A stretch of 64,000 nt of DNA. Origin: Escherichia phage dw-ec. Position 1 is the stretch's first letter; each line of letters opens with the position of its first letter. The stretch lies in the sequence record OL739525.1, one strand, 5' to 3'. The position numbers and the translations under genes are program-made. The notes under the pieces are model-generated. The model ran no database searches and was not told where the DNA came from. It was given only the letters and a program-made list of their open reading frames with translations. Positions 1-9,877 of this stretch are shown piece by piece.

Positions 1-1
1 T

Positions 2-229
2 TCCCGTGAAGAGTTGATGACACAAGCTAGTGCAAAAATTCGCTCTTTACAAGAAACAGCGGTAGCACTTATAACACCTTTACAGTATGCTAAAGATTTA
101 GAAATGGCTACTGAAGACGAATTAGCTTATCTTAAAAATCTTCAAGTTTATGTAGTTAAACTAAATCGTGTTCCGCTTCAAAAAGACTATCCTTACGCTA
201 TAGATTGGCCTACATTACCGACAGAATAA
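2..229 (+). CDS. C-terminal fragment of a tail fibre assembly chaperone-like protein (5' end outside window)
   Basis: Reading frame is open to the left window edge; C-terminus ...VVKLNRVPLQKDYPYAIDWPTLPTE resembles the conserved C-terminal motif of caudoviral tail fibre assembly proteins; tentative. Confidence 0.4.
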   Translation, partial: SREELMTQASAKIRSLQETAVALITPLQYAKDLEMATEDELAYLKNLQVYVVKLNRVPLQKDYPYAIDWPTLPTE

Positions 230-238
230 GGGATCACT

Positions 239-574
239 ATGGAATTTCAAGAAGCATGGGGACTTGCAAAGGATGCAATAATCCCTTTAATCGGAGTCAT
301 CTGGTTCTTTTTCAAACAAAAAATGGATAAATTCGGCTCTGATCTTGAGGAAATGGAGGAGAAAAGTCGAGAGCTAGAGAAGAAGTTGGTCTTTGTTGAA
401 TCAACTTACGCAACTAAAGCCGAACTTACCCAGATGCTAAATCAAATTAACTCTACATTAATGGCAAATAACAACACCCTTGAGCAAAAAATTGAAAAGA
501 TTATGGACCTCAAGAATGCGACTATCCAAATGATGCTAGATGACATAGTTAAACGTACACAGAATAAGGGGTAA
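239..574 (+). CDS. hypothetical membrane-anchored coiled-coil protein
   Basis: ATG with AAGGG RBS; N-terminal hydrophobic helix (IIPLIGVIWFFF) followed by charged heptad-like sequence. Confidence 0.5.
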   Translation: MEFQEAWGLAKDAIIPLIGVIWFFFKQKMDKFGSDLEEMEEKSRELEKKLVFVESTYATKAELTQMLNQINSTLMANNNTLEQKIEKIMDLKNATIQMMLDDIVKRTQNKG

Positions 575-577
575 TTA

Positions 578-3500
578 ATGGCAACATTCCCAACATATCC
601 AGCAACGTCTCTCGAACAGGGCGTAGACCTGGTTATTTTCTCATCTAACCAACTCCATGATGTTATTAATGGAAGTGCTACAGAGAGTATTGAAACAGAA
701 TCAGGGTTGATACCAACCCTGAGAAAAGCCCTTGTTGACAACTTTTTCTTTAAAAGCCCATTGGATTGGGCGCAAGGCACAAACGAAACAGTTTTTAACC
801 AACTTCGTTATTTCCAGAATGGAGTATTGAGCGGTTATTACTATGCTCCTAACGCTACATTGGTTAACCCAATCCCTATGCAAGGGACTCCAGTAGGAGA
901 TAACAACTGGGTATTGTGGGGACTGAAAACAGAACAATTAGCAACAGAAGTCACCCCGTGGGTATACTCTGGTGCAACTGGTTATGAAACAGTAATTAGT
1001 CCTCCTTACATCTTTGATAGTGCTATTGTTACGATCAATGGTGTTATTCAGGTTCTGGGGGAAGCTTTCCGTATAGAAGACAGTAAGATCATCTTATCTG
1101 AACCTTTGGGACACGATCCTGCAACAGGACTGCCAAACAAGCTTTTTGCTTATATTGGTAAAATCGTAGCTTCAGCAGATACAGATCCTAATCTAGAGAA
1201 CCGTCTTGTTAGTTTAGAAACAAAAACGGAAGAACTAACAGAAAGCATGGATAAAGTCCCTCTGCAAACTATTGCTCGTAAGTATGGTTTGTTAGATGAT
1301 GAGGTGGCTTACGCAACAGCAGGTCAATCGTTAACAGGGATTAAAGCTCTGTACGATCCGGTAGCACAGTCTTCCTACACATTACCTCCTAACATCACAG
1401 GAACTTTAACATCCTTATCTGTTTCTGGAGTAATGACTTATTCTGGAGGATCTGTAGACCTTTCTGCACTGGCTGTTGAGCGTGGACAGTTTGTTCATTT
1501 GCCTACAAGCTTTGGTAATAACGTAACTCTGACAGCTAAAAATCAGACGATTGGACGTGGTGCTGGTCGTTATCGTTGGGCTGGAAGTTTACCAAAAAGT
1601 ATTTTGGCCTCTGATACATTGGAGACAAGCGGAGGATTAGGTCCAAATGCATGGGTTCTGACTAATACAGAAGGACTGTTAACCCCTCGTGGTGGAACAT
1701 ACAACGATCTATTCGATGTTGTCTACTTGTCAGAATTTGCTAACAATACAACTACCTATACCACACCAGAAGCAGCTTTCCAGGCGGCACTGTTAGCAGC
1801 AAAAGCTTCGAAAAGCAAGATTCTCGATGCTTACGGTTGCGACATGACTTTCACGACAAGCTCTTTTGATATTCAAGATATCACTTTGCGTGGTGGTGTG
1901 TTCCGTGGTCAACGCGACTATCGTGTGCAGAATGCTACAGTAGAAGGCACAACTTTCCGTAACTCTCGTGTTATGTATTGGGGTGGTGCTGTGCGCATGT
2001 TCGATTGTTTGTGGGACGGTGCTCCTCGCGCAGGTCAAGTTGGTAGCTTGGTATTCCAAGGCAACCCAATATCAGGTACTTTTGAAATTGATAATTGTAC
2101 TTTTAAAAACGGGTTATATGGTATTCTTCAACAAGGAACAGGGGAACCAGTAACACGCGGTGTCTTCCGTAACCTTACCTTCATGGACATGCAAGGTGAT
2201 GCAATAGAACTGAACGTCATCAATAAACATTATGACGATGGTTGTGTGATTGAGAATATTTACCTGTCTAATATCGATGGGACTAACGCTCCTATTCCTC
2301 TGTCCAACTGGGGTATCGGTATCGGTGTAGCTGGTAAAGGACCATATGGTTACGGAATCCCTGATGATCAATATTGTAAGAACATTACAATTCGTAACGT
2401 TTTTGCAAAACGTTGTCGTCAGATTGTCCACGTAGAAGTTGGTCGTAATATCTCTATCGAAAACATTCATGGCGATCCAGATCAAACCGTATCTGTTGGG
2501 ACAGGTTTGGCAACTGGCGCAGTTGTAATGTATGGAAGTAAAGACTTTACGATTGATGGTGTTTATGGAGAGCCTAAAACAGACGGTAGCACACTTGCAA
2601 GTAATATCCGTATGATTTACTTGGAGTGGGGAACTAACGCAGTTCTGGATGAAGAGGGTAATCCGGTAGTTCCGGCACAGGGCAGACCTTCAAACCCATG
2701 CTTTAACTATTCTGTTCGTAACGTTCACACCAAAACTGGGCGTGTTTTTGCGGGAGTTTCCGCTGGGCCAGGTTATGAAAACAGAGTTAGCTTTGAAAAT
2801 ATTCGTTGCGCTGCCTTGCAGTTGTTCGGTATAGCTTCTTGGCTTTCAATGTCTAACATCACCTGTAATATCTTCGATTGTGTTGGTCAACCTGAATCTG
2901 GTCCAGGGACATTTTATGATGGATTCTTCCGTAGAGAAAAATCTGTTCTTGAAATGGTTAACGTAAACTGTTACCCAGATGGCAAGACGATGGTTACTGG
3001 TCGTCCACAGTGGAGCCGTTGCCGTTACTCGGATATTCATCGTGTCAACTGTAATGTTGAAGCTAATATGTATACCAATATCGCAGGTGGTATTGGAGCT
3101 ATTGTAGGGACAACGGGCAAAGTTTATTACTTAGAGCCTAATCCTAGTCGAAACATTGATGGAATGCATTTCCCAACAGGGAAAGAGTTTGACAAAGGGG
3201 ATATGATAGTCAAGGCGGATAATACGTTCTTCCTTGTAACAACAAGTGGGGCATATATTCCAGATATCCCAGCTTTCGGTATTCGAGCTACACAGGCAGG
3301 AGATACCTTCCTGACACAGAACTTGACTCCTAACGGGACAGCAACAAATGCTTCTTGGTTGTATCATTACCCTCTGTCAGCAGGGACACGTATCCGTATT
3401 CCTGGCGCTGGTGTAGGTGGAGCAGATTTGGACACAGTTATTACTCGTGCACCTTATCAAGATAATGATACGTGGACTAACCCAGTTAAAATAGACATTG

Positions 3501-3631
3501 CAGATCCAATTGTAACGCCTACAAGTGCTGGAGTTAGAATTAAAACCATACCTAATGATTCCAGTAATGTTTCTGTAGGTAATACTGCGGTTATTCGCCC
3601 AACGCCAGTAGTAGATGTGCCAACAACCTAA
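578..3631 (+). CDS. tail spike / tail fibre protein with predicted right-handed beta-helix (possible depolymerase)
   Basis: 1017 aa ORF, ATG with AAGGGG RBS; long central region of Gly/Asn/Thr/Val-rich repeats typical of parallel beta-helix tailspikes; terminator hairpin immediately downstream. Confidence 0.75.
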   Translation: MATFPTYPATSLEQGVDLVIFSSNQLHDVINGSATESIETESGLIPTLRKALVDNFFFKSPLDWAQGTNETVFNQLRYFQNGVLSGYYYAPNATLVNPIPMQGTPVGDNNWVLWGLKTEQLATEVTPWVYSGATGYETVISPPYIFDSAIVTINGVIQVLGEAFRIEDSKIILSEPLGHDPATGLPNKLFAYIGKIVASADTDPNLENRLVSLETKTEELTESMDKVPLQTIARKYGLLDDEVAYATAGQSLTGIKALYDPVAQSSYTLPPNITGTLTSLSVSGVMTYSGGSVDLSALAVERGQFVHLPTSFGNNVTLTAKNQTIGRGAGRYRWAGSLPKSILASDTLETSGGLGPNAWVLTNTEGLLTPRGGTYNDLFDVVYLSEFANNTTTYTTPEAAFQAALLAAKASKSKILDAYGCDMTFTTSSFDIQDITLRGGVFRGQRDYRVQNATVEGTTFRNSRVMYWGGAVRMFDCLWDGAPRAGQVGSLVFQGNPISGTFEIDNCTFKNGLYGILQQGTGEPVTRGVFRNLTFMDMQGDAIELNVINKHYDDGCVIENIYLSNIDGTNAPIPLSNWGIGIGVAGKGPYGYGIPDDQYCKNITIRNVFAKRCRQIVHVEVGRNISIENIHGDPDQTVSVGTGLATGAVVMYGSKDFTIDGVYGEPKTDGSTLASNIRMIYLEWGTNAVLDEEGNPVVPAQGRPSNPCFNYSVRNVHTKTGRVFAGVSAGPGYENRVSFENIRCAALQLFGIASWLSMSNITCNIFDCVGQPESGPGTFYDGFFRREKSVLEMVNVNCYPDGKTMVTGRPQWSRCRYSDIHRVNCNVEANMYTNIAGGIGAIVGTTGKVYYLEPNPSRNIDGMHFPTGKEFDKGDMIVKADNTFFLVTTSGAYIPDIPAFGIRATQAGDTFLTQNLTPNGTATNASWLYHYPLSAGTRIRIPGAGVGGADLDTVITRAPYQDNDTWTNPVKIDIADPIVTPTSAGVRIKTIPNDSSNVSVGNTAVIRPTPVVDVPTT

Positions 3632-3637
3632 TGGAAT

Positions 3638-3660
3638 AGAGGGGGATTCCCCCTCTTCTT
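3638..3660 (+). terminator. rho-independent terminator
   Basis: GAGGGGG-att-CCCCCTC stem-loop followed by T-rich run, directly after stop of 578..3631. Confidence 0.6.
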
Positions 3661-3692
3661 CCAATAGAATGGTCTAATGATAGGAGAGATAA

Positions 3693-5717
3693 ATGAATTT
3701 AACAAGACCTAATAGTGCGATAGCCGATCTGGTAGAAGCTACTTATCGAAAACGTCGCAGCTTTGAGGCAGGTTTTACATTACGTAATTCCCGTGAAGTT
3801 TTGCTGTTAGCAGCAGAAGGGAATTATTACCAATGGAAAGGAACTTTTCCTAAAGTTGTTCCAGCAAACTCTACGCCAGCCACCACAGGTGGTATTTCTT
3901 CCCTTGCATGGCAAAGTGTTGGGACCGCTGATGATATAGCAATTATCAATGCCAAGTTTACGGCAATGCAGCAACAGATTGATGATCTGTCGGAAACAAT
4001 ACCTGAAGCTGGTAAATCGGCTTATCAGATCGCACTTGATAATGGTTTTGTTGGAACAGAAGCACAATGGCTTGCTTCTTTGAAAGGGGATACTGGTGCT
4101 CAACTTAATATTAAAGGATCATTAGCAAACACTAGTGAACTACCATCCACAGGTAACGTTGCAGGGGATGGTTATATCGTAGGTGATGTAATCTACGCTT
4201 GGGACGGTTCTGTTTGGAAACTTATTTCTTCTCTTGGGCCAGAAGGTAAATCAGCTTACGAGGTATGGTTGGCAGATGGTAATACAGGATCTGTTTATGA
4301 TTTTCTTACCTCTATAAAAGGTGATAAAGGTGATGTTGGTCCTACAGGGCCACAGGGAGCACCTGGTGTTAACGCCAACGGTTTTGATTATCGTGGGGAT
4401 TTGCCTTCTACAAGTAACTTACCACAACCAAACTCTGAAAACGTAAGTCAAGCTTATTCTATCAATGGTAATCTTTATGTCTCTAATGGGACAGCTTGGG
4501 TCAACATGGGTAATATTGTTGGTCCTCAAGGTCCACAAGGTGAGGCAGGTAAAGACGGTCTTGATGGAACAGATGGAGATGAAGGGAAATCTGCATATCA
4601 AAGTTGGCTGGATGCTGGTAATGAAGGGACAGAAGTAGATTTTATTGCCTCACTTAAAGGTCCAAAAGGAGACAAAGGTGATCAAGGAGAGCGAGGTCCA
4701 CAAGGTGAACTAGGTCCACAAGGACCAGTGGGTGCAACAGGATCAGGCTTAGATATTATCGGGGTTCTGAACAGTGAAGCTGAACTTCCTCCTACCGGAG
4801 AAGTAGGTGATGCATATAAAATTAATAATGATTTATATGTTTGGGTTCAAGATGCTACGGAATGGATGAATGTTGGCAGTCTTGGAGGAACATCAATTAC
4901 AGCTAAAGGTCATGTTCCGAACAGTGAAGCTCTCCCTGTTTATAATAACTATGGCGATGCCTACTTAACTGAAGACACTAGTAATCTTTACATCTATACC
5001 TACGATCAAGACACCAATTCCGCATCTTTTGTTGACATGGGAAGTATTAAAGGCGACAAAGGTGAAAAAGGGGATAAAGGAGATAAGGGTGATCCTGGAA
5101 CAAACGGAACCAACGGTACTGATGGGACCAACGGTAAGGACGGCGCACAGTGGTTTGTAGCAACAACTAATCCAGTTGCAGGAGACGGTGTTATCAATGA
5201 TTACGCCTTCAATACTACCACTGGAGCAGTGTTTAAGAAAACAGATTCTTCTACGTGGACGCTTATAGGCACTCTTCCTAGTATACCAGAAGCCCCTCAA
5301 GACGGCTTGACGTATGGTCGGTCTGATGGAAACTGGATCGAAATATCAGGATCAGATCCTACGGAAGCTATAACACCAACTAGAGTTACAGCAGGTTTCA
5401 TGGAACTTGAAACAACTGCTGCCAACTCTGGAGCATCTTGGACTCCTTCTGGAACTTCCAATATGTATGTTGTTACAGTAACTGATGCTCTGACAGTTGG
5501 AGCATGGCCTGGTGTCACTGGCTCTACAAAACCTAAAGCGTTTTCAGCAATGATTTATTTGATTCAAGATACAACGGGACACACGGTTACACTAGATGCG
5601 TCTTATGGAGCACTAAATGATACAGAAATAGCAACTGCTGCTAACGCAGTAACAATTTTGCAATTAACGTATCCTGGTGTGGGTGATATCGTGGACATGG
5701 TTGTTGTAACACGATAA
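3693..5717 (+). CDS. collagen-like tail fibre protein
   Basis: 674 aa; several Gly-X-Y runs (GPQGPQGEAGKDGLDGTDG, KGDKGEKGDKGDKGDPGTNGTNGTDG); three copies of a GKSAYxxWLxxG..GT..xFxxSLKG motif and four ~30-aa LPxxGxxGDAYxIxxDLYVW repeats. Confidence 0.8.
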   Translation: MNLTRPNSAIADLVEATYRKRRSFEAGFTLRNSREVLLLAAEGNYYQWKGTFPKVVPANSTPATTGGISSLAWQSVGTADDIAIINAKFTAMQQQIDDLSETIPEAGKSAYQIALDNGFVGTEAQWLASLKGDTGAQLNIKGSLANTSELPSTGNVAGDGYIVGDVIYAWDGSVWKLISSLGPEGKSAYEVWLADGNTGSVYDFLTSIKGDKGDVGPTGPQGAPGVNANGFDYRGDLPSTSNLPQPNSENVSQAYSINGNLYVSNGTAWVNMGNIVGPQGPQGEAGKDGLDGTDGDEGKSAYQSWLDAGNEGTEVDFIASLKGPKGDKGDQGERGPQGELGPQGPVGATGSGLDIIGVLNSEAELPPTGEVGDAYKINNDLYVWVQDATEWMNVGSLGGTSITAKGHVPNSEALPVYNNYGDAYLTEDTSNLYIYTYDQDTNSASFVDMGSIKGDKGEKGDKGDKGDPGTNGTNGTDGTNGKDGAQWFVATTNPVAGDGVINDYAFNTTTGAVFKKTDSSTWTLIGTLPSIPEAPQDGLTYGRSDGNWIEISGSDPTEAITPTRVTAGFMELETTAANSGASWTPSGTSNMYVVTVTDALTVGAWPGVTGSTKPKAFSAMIYLIQDTTGHTVTLDASYGALNDTEIATAANAVTILQLTYPGVGDIVDMVVVTR

Positions 5718-5721
5718 CAGA

Positions 5722-5746
5722 AGCCCCGAAAGGGGCTTTCTTTTTA
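5722..5746 (+). terminator. rho-independent terminator
   Basis: GCCCC-gaaa-GGGGC stem-loop (GNRA loop) followed by TTTCTTTTT. Confidence 0.7.
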
Positions 5747-5758
5747 TGGAGGGTTTAA

Positions 5759-8431
5759 ATGTTTCCAATTCCAATATTTACTATTATGACCAGCACTGGT
5801 GTCGTTCCTCTGCCAGCGGGTATTGTTAAAAAAGTAATCACTTTAGATTACCCAGATAATGCTGGTAATTCTAACAGCAGTTTAGCAATTTTGCTTAATG
5901 ATGGTAGATTGTTTACTCAAGGCGCAAACCTTTTTGGTGAGATTGCAGATGGAACTCGTAGTGCACGATTCAATAATTTCCACTTAGCTTCTACTGTAGT
6001 AGCGGATGTGTTTACCGCAGATCGTTGTTTTGTTATTAAAACTAACAGCGGGGGATGGCAATATTCAGGATTGACAGCAGGGTTGGTAGGATCTATAGCA
6101 GCAGGTGGTACGGATGCATGTGTAACTACTTGGACCAGCTTTCCATCTGTAATAACAGGGACTATCTCTTTAGCCAATCTTAAAGAGGTTAAAGGAGGGT
6201 ATAACAATACTCTTTGGTTAATGAATAGCGGTGTTCTTTATGGATCGGGTCAAAACACAGTAGGCAGTTTAGGTGCAAGCACTACTAACGAAGTTTCTAC
6301 TCCCCGTCAGATAACAAGTTCAGCAGTTGCTTTTGATGCAGGTTATAACCAATGCTCTTATGTCAACAATGCGGGAACCTTGCGTGTTTGTGGAGCTAGT
6401 AAAGGTTTAGCAGGTAATAATAACACAACAACCGCTTTTGTCAATGCCACGATATCCACTACTGAAACAGTGTATGTCAAAGATTACATCAATACAGTTT
6501 CCCAGACAATAGTTGTAGGAGATACCTCCGGTGGCGCGGGTACAGTAAACTACTTATATGTTAGATCTAATACAGAAACAACCTACACTAAACTGGACAC
6601 CTTTGCAGCAGGTTTCTCAACATGGAAATTTCCACCAAGCCGCCACTCTTTTTTCGTTGGGATCAATAATTCCTTGTGGGCTATTGGTAAGAACTACACT
6701 GCAAACTTAGGTTTGGGATATGATTCTGCGAGCGGAGATCCACTCCAAGTGGGAAAACCAGTTAAACCTGAAGGAGTGGGTTCCTGGGATATAAACAAGC
6801 TCACAAGCGTTCATACGTTGAATATGGATATTACTAACCAATTAGGTTATCAAGGAACCTTTTTCGTTTATAACGGGGATATGTATTATTCCGGTATTTG
6901 GAAAGATGGGAAAGCCTCGTATCTGTTCAATAGTGGTCTAAACTATAATAAATTCACACCAATAGCAAGCTCCGTGATTACGGGGGATGTTCTGGCAACT
7001 GGCTTAACTACAGATTCTTTAGGAATTTGTATTGTAGGTGGAACTAAACAGTTGACACATTCTGTTAGCCCAGAAGGAGGTAAACTTTTCAATATTAAAT
7101 ACACTTCTTCTGCCCCTGCAAACATGACAATATCATCTACTGGTTTAATGACTTTCCATGCAGAAGGTGGTTTTGATGCAGGTATGACAGCCTTAAACGC
7201 TGAAGGAACAACTTTATCAGATACCTCTGGAGGATATGCTTCAACATTGAGTGTTTACACCCCTAGCTTATCTGCGATGGATGTAGGAACAACACAAACA
7301 ATGGTAGCAGAAATAACGCCAACAGGAGCAGCAAGCTTACCTGGTATGGTTGTTGAGTATACAACTACAGATCCTAATGTTGCTACAGTAGATCCTACAA
7401 CTGGTGTAATAACTGGTGTTGGTGATGGTGGTTGTAGAATTGGTTGCACAGCTACATATCAAGGTGTTGTTACCGCTTCTGATAGTTCTTATTTAACGGT
7501 GAACGCTGTTGCGGGAAAGGAGTTAGCTCCATCTCCGAGTAGTAGTTTAACGGTTCTAAACGGATATTTCAACCACTCGGCAGATGGGGCAATTACGTTC
7601 CCAATTTTATCGGGTACTGTCACACCAGCTAACTTTGTAGTTAAGGTGGATGACGTTGTAATACCTTCAAATAAAGTAATATTTAGAAATAAAGCTTTCT
7701 CTACAGTGGATAGTTATCCAGCAGGAGAATATAGACTGGCTATTGAATTTGCAAGTGCTTCAGTAGTGAATAGTGTTGATGTGTCTATGGAAGCAAATCC
7801 AGATCTTTTAGAATTATGGGGCGGCAACAGAATTGGTTATTCTACAAGCCCAGCCTCACAATTCTTAAAAGGTTGTGCTAACTTAAGACGAATAACTTCT
7901 GATTGTTTTAGTAACACATCTTACACCGGAACATCTATAAGTGGTATCTTCTCTGGCTGTACAAGTTTGACAGCTATCCCTGAAGGATTATTCAGTGATG
8001 CTTTATTTCCTTCAATGACAACAATGTCAAGCACGTTTGAAGGTTGTACATCTTTAACATCTATTCCTTCAGATTTATTTAAAAATCTATCAAAAGTTAC
8101 AAGATATTCTTACACCTTTAAAGATTGCACCTCTCTTGCAGAAGTTCCAGCAGGAATGTTTGATAATATTCCAACGAAAGTGACCTCTTTAACAGCTACA
8201 TTCCAAGGTTGTTTAGCACTTACAGATTTTAATAAAATCTTTAATGACAACCCAGGGTTAACTGTTTGTGGTAAACGTGGAGCATTATCTTCTTTCTTTA
8301 GTGGATGCACAAATCTTACAGGAACAGGAACAACATTAACAAATACATTAGGCGGAGTAGCTAATAGTTACCTATTCAGGTATTGCACAAAACTTTCTGA
8401 TTATAACAATATTCCTTCGGGTTATAAATAA
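5759..8431 (+). CDS. tail fibre / adhesin with RCC1-like repeats, Big_2-like Ig domain and BspA-type leucine-rich repeats
   Basis: 890 aa; N-terminal G.N..G.LG repeats (RCC1-like); central segment resembling bacterial Ig-like group 2 domain (TQTMVAEITPTGAASLPGMVVEYTTTDPNVATVDPTTGVITGVGDGG); C-terminal repeats F.GCTSLT.IP..LF typical of LRR_5. Confidence 0.75.
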   Translation: MFPIPIFTIMTSTGVVPLPAGIVKKVITLDYPDNAGNSNSSLAILLNDGRLFTQGANLFGEIADGTRSARFNNFHLASTVVADVFTADRCFVIKTNSGGWQYSGLTAGLVGSIAAGGTDACVTTWTSFPSVITGTISLANLKEVKGGYNNTLWLMNSGVLYGSGQNTVGSLGASTTNEVSTPRQITSSAVAFDAGYNQCSYVNNAGTLRVCGASKGLAGNNNTTTAFVNATISTTETVYVKDYINTVSQTIVVGDTSGGAGTVNYLYVRSNTETTYTKLDTFAAGFSTWKFPPSRHSFFVGINNSLWAIGKNYTANLGLGYDSASGDPLQVGKPVKPEGVGSWDINKLTSVHTLNMDITNQLGYQGTFFVYNGDMYYSGIWKDGKASYLFNSGLNYNKFTPIASSVITGDVLATGLTTDSLGICIVGGTKQLTHSVSPEGGKLFNIKYTSSAPANMTISSTGLMTFHAEGGFDAGMTALNAEGTTLSDTSGGYASTLSVYTPSLSAMDVGTTQTMVAEITPTGAASLPGMVVEYTTTDPNVATVDPTTGVITGVGDGGCRIGCTATYQGVVTASDSSYLTVNAVAGKELAPSPSSSLTVLNGYFNHSADGAITFPILSGTVTPANFVVKVDDVVIPSNKVIFRNKAFSTVDSYPAGEYRLAIEFASASVVNSVDVSMEANPDLLELWGGNRIGYSTSPASQFLKGCANLRRITSDCFSNTSYTGTSISGIFSGCTSLTAIPEGLFSDALFPSMTTMSSTFEGCTSLTSIPSDLFKNLSKVTRYSYTFKDCTSLAEVPAGMFDNIPTKVTSLTATFQGCLALTDFNKIFNDNPGLTVCGKRGALSSFFSGCTNLTGTGTTLTNTLGGVANSYLFRYCTKLSDYNNIPSGYK

Positions 8432-8433
8432 GA

Positions 8434-8460
8434 AAAGGAGCCATTTGGCTCCTTTCTTTT
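8434..8460 (+). terminator. rho-independent terminator (possibly bidirectional)
   Basis: GGAGCC-attt-GGCTCC stem-loop followed by TTTCTTTT after stop of 5759..8431. Confidence 0.7.
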
Positions 8461-8497
8461 ATAAAGTTAACTCTTCCCATGTTCTTGTGCCGCTTCT

Positions 8498-8520
8498 GGG
8501 GGGCCCCCCCCCCCCCCCCC
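8498..8520. repeat. G6-C17 homopolymer tract
   Basis: GGGGGG followed by 17 consecutive C in the convergent intergenic gap between late and minus-strand blocks. Confidence 0.9.
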
Positions 8521-8535
8521 TATAGATCAATAAGA

Positions 8536-9423
8536 TCAGAATGGAATATCATCATCGAAGTCCATTGGAGGTTCTTCTTGATTACTTGGAGTTGGTTCTG
8601 GTTGTGGTTCAGGTTTTTTAACTTCTTTCTTCTCTTCTTTCTTAGGTTGTTCTGCGGAACCACGAATGGCAGCAGCAACTTTATCAGACAAAGCTAGAAC
8701 TTTACGAGCAGAGTCAATCAAATCTTCTACAGATACAGTCTTAATGGTATGGTCTTTACAAGCATTGAGGATAGCGTGACCAACAGATGCCCCAAGATCA
8801 TAATCATTAATGTCAACGCCACGAGATTCAGCAATTTCCGATTTCAGCGTGACAGTTGCAGATTGAACAACCCCAGCGATATCGAAAGCATCACCTTTAA
8901 CACCATTACGAATCAGTTCCAGTGCACCATTTACTGCGTGACCAGTTTCCAGACCTACAGTATCACGTTTTTTATAGGACTGCTTAGGAGCAGCATCGTT
9001 GGAACCTTTATTGCCAGAAGATTTGTTAGACTTCTGAACACCATCGGTAGACAATACTGTAATACGAGATTTTTTAGTATTGTAGTAAGTTTTACCGCCT
9101 TTATTATCAACGCGATCAATATCAATACTTACTTCTACACCTTTTTCAATAGTGATCCAATTATCACCTTCTTTGACTTGCAGGTTTTCATAACCTTCTT
9201 TCAGTTCAATGTCACCAAGAGAAATCCAAACACCTTTCTCATCTGGTTTAGCACCTTTCTCTTTCAGAACAAGAGAAGCTCGGTGAGTTGAAACAATCGT
9301 TTTTCCTTCCCAATGAAAAGTTTTAGGTTCAGCGAATTTATCCAGTTTAACGTAGTCTACGATACCAGTTGCATAAGTTACGGTTTTGCCTTTACGATCA
9401 GTTTCAGTATTAATTACGGACAT
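8536..9423 (-). CDS. putative ssDNA-binding protein carrying a host SSB-type C-terminal tip
   Basis: 295 aa, ATG with GAGGAG RBS; Lys/Pro/Glu-rich linker then C-terminal PPMDFDDDIPF, the same nine-residue tip as E. coli SSB; N-terminal domain not obviously E. coli-SSB-like. Confidence 0.55.
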   Translation of the reverse strand: MSVINTETDRKGKTVTYATGIVDYVKLDKFAEPKTFHWEGKTIVSTHRASLVLKEKGAKPDEKGVWISLGDIELKEGYENLQVKEGDNWITIEKGVEVSIDIDRVDNKGGKTYYNTKKSRITVLSTDGVQKSNKSSGNKGSNDAAPKQSYKKRDTVGLETGHAVNGALELIRNGVKGDAFDIAGVVQSATVTLKSEIAESRGVDINDYDLGASVGHAILNACKDHTIKTVSVEDLIDSARKVLALSDKVAAAIRGSAEQPKKEEKKEVKKPEPQPEPTPSNQEEPPMDFDDDIPF

Positions 9424-9439
9424 TATTATCTCCTCTACA

Positions 9440-9832
9440 TTACATTAATTTTGCACAGAAAGAGCGGAGTCTTTCCATATCATCTTGCTCTAACAGGTAT
9501 TTACCTTTACCTATTCCAACTCCAATTTCACCATTAGGGAAATGAACTATTTGCACTGGAAAACCTCCGAGTTTAATTGTGGCAGCTTTGCCTTCTTCGT
9601 CTATAACGTTTCGGATTGTATCTTGCAGTGAAATGAATTCTTTGTTTGTAACAGTGGTTTCAATTATTTCAGATGTTTCAACACGAGCAGTTAGCTTCTT
9701 GTTTCCACCTTGAATAACCAAAATTTGAAAATAAAAAGAGTTGTCAAGACCTACAACATTTTTCTCAACTAGTGTCAAACTGGTATAGTTTCCATAAACA
9801 GTTTCAACAGCTATCTTAGAACGTTCAGTCAT
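9440..9832 (-). CDS. hypothetical protein
   Basis: 130 aa ORF co-directional with replication block. Confidence 0.55.
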   Translation of the reverse strand: MTERSKIAVETVYGNYTSLTLVEKNVVGLDNSFYFQILVIQGGNKKLTARVETSEIIETTVTNKEFISLQDTIRNVIDEEGKAATIKLGGFPVQIVHFPNGEIGVGIGKGKYLLEQDDMERLRSFCAKLM

Positions 9833-9877
9833 TGAATGCTATCCTATCATAAAATGTTTAATATTGTCAAGCTTTAA

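Noticed and set aside
442-937. Minus-strand ORFs 442..780 and 701..937
   Set aside because: Antisense to the tail-gene block, overlapping the start of the tailspike gene; no promoter or RBS support.
8479-8697. Plus-strand ORF translating the poly-C tract as a proline run
   Set aside because: Low-complexity product generated by the homopolymer; overlaps the 3' end of the minus-strand SSB-like gene; no RBS.
8749-9291. 180-aa plus-strand ORF
   Set aside because: Lies entirely antisense within the SSB-like gene; low-complexity Phe/Ile-rich product typical of antisense frames in AT-rich DNA.
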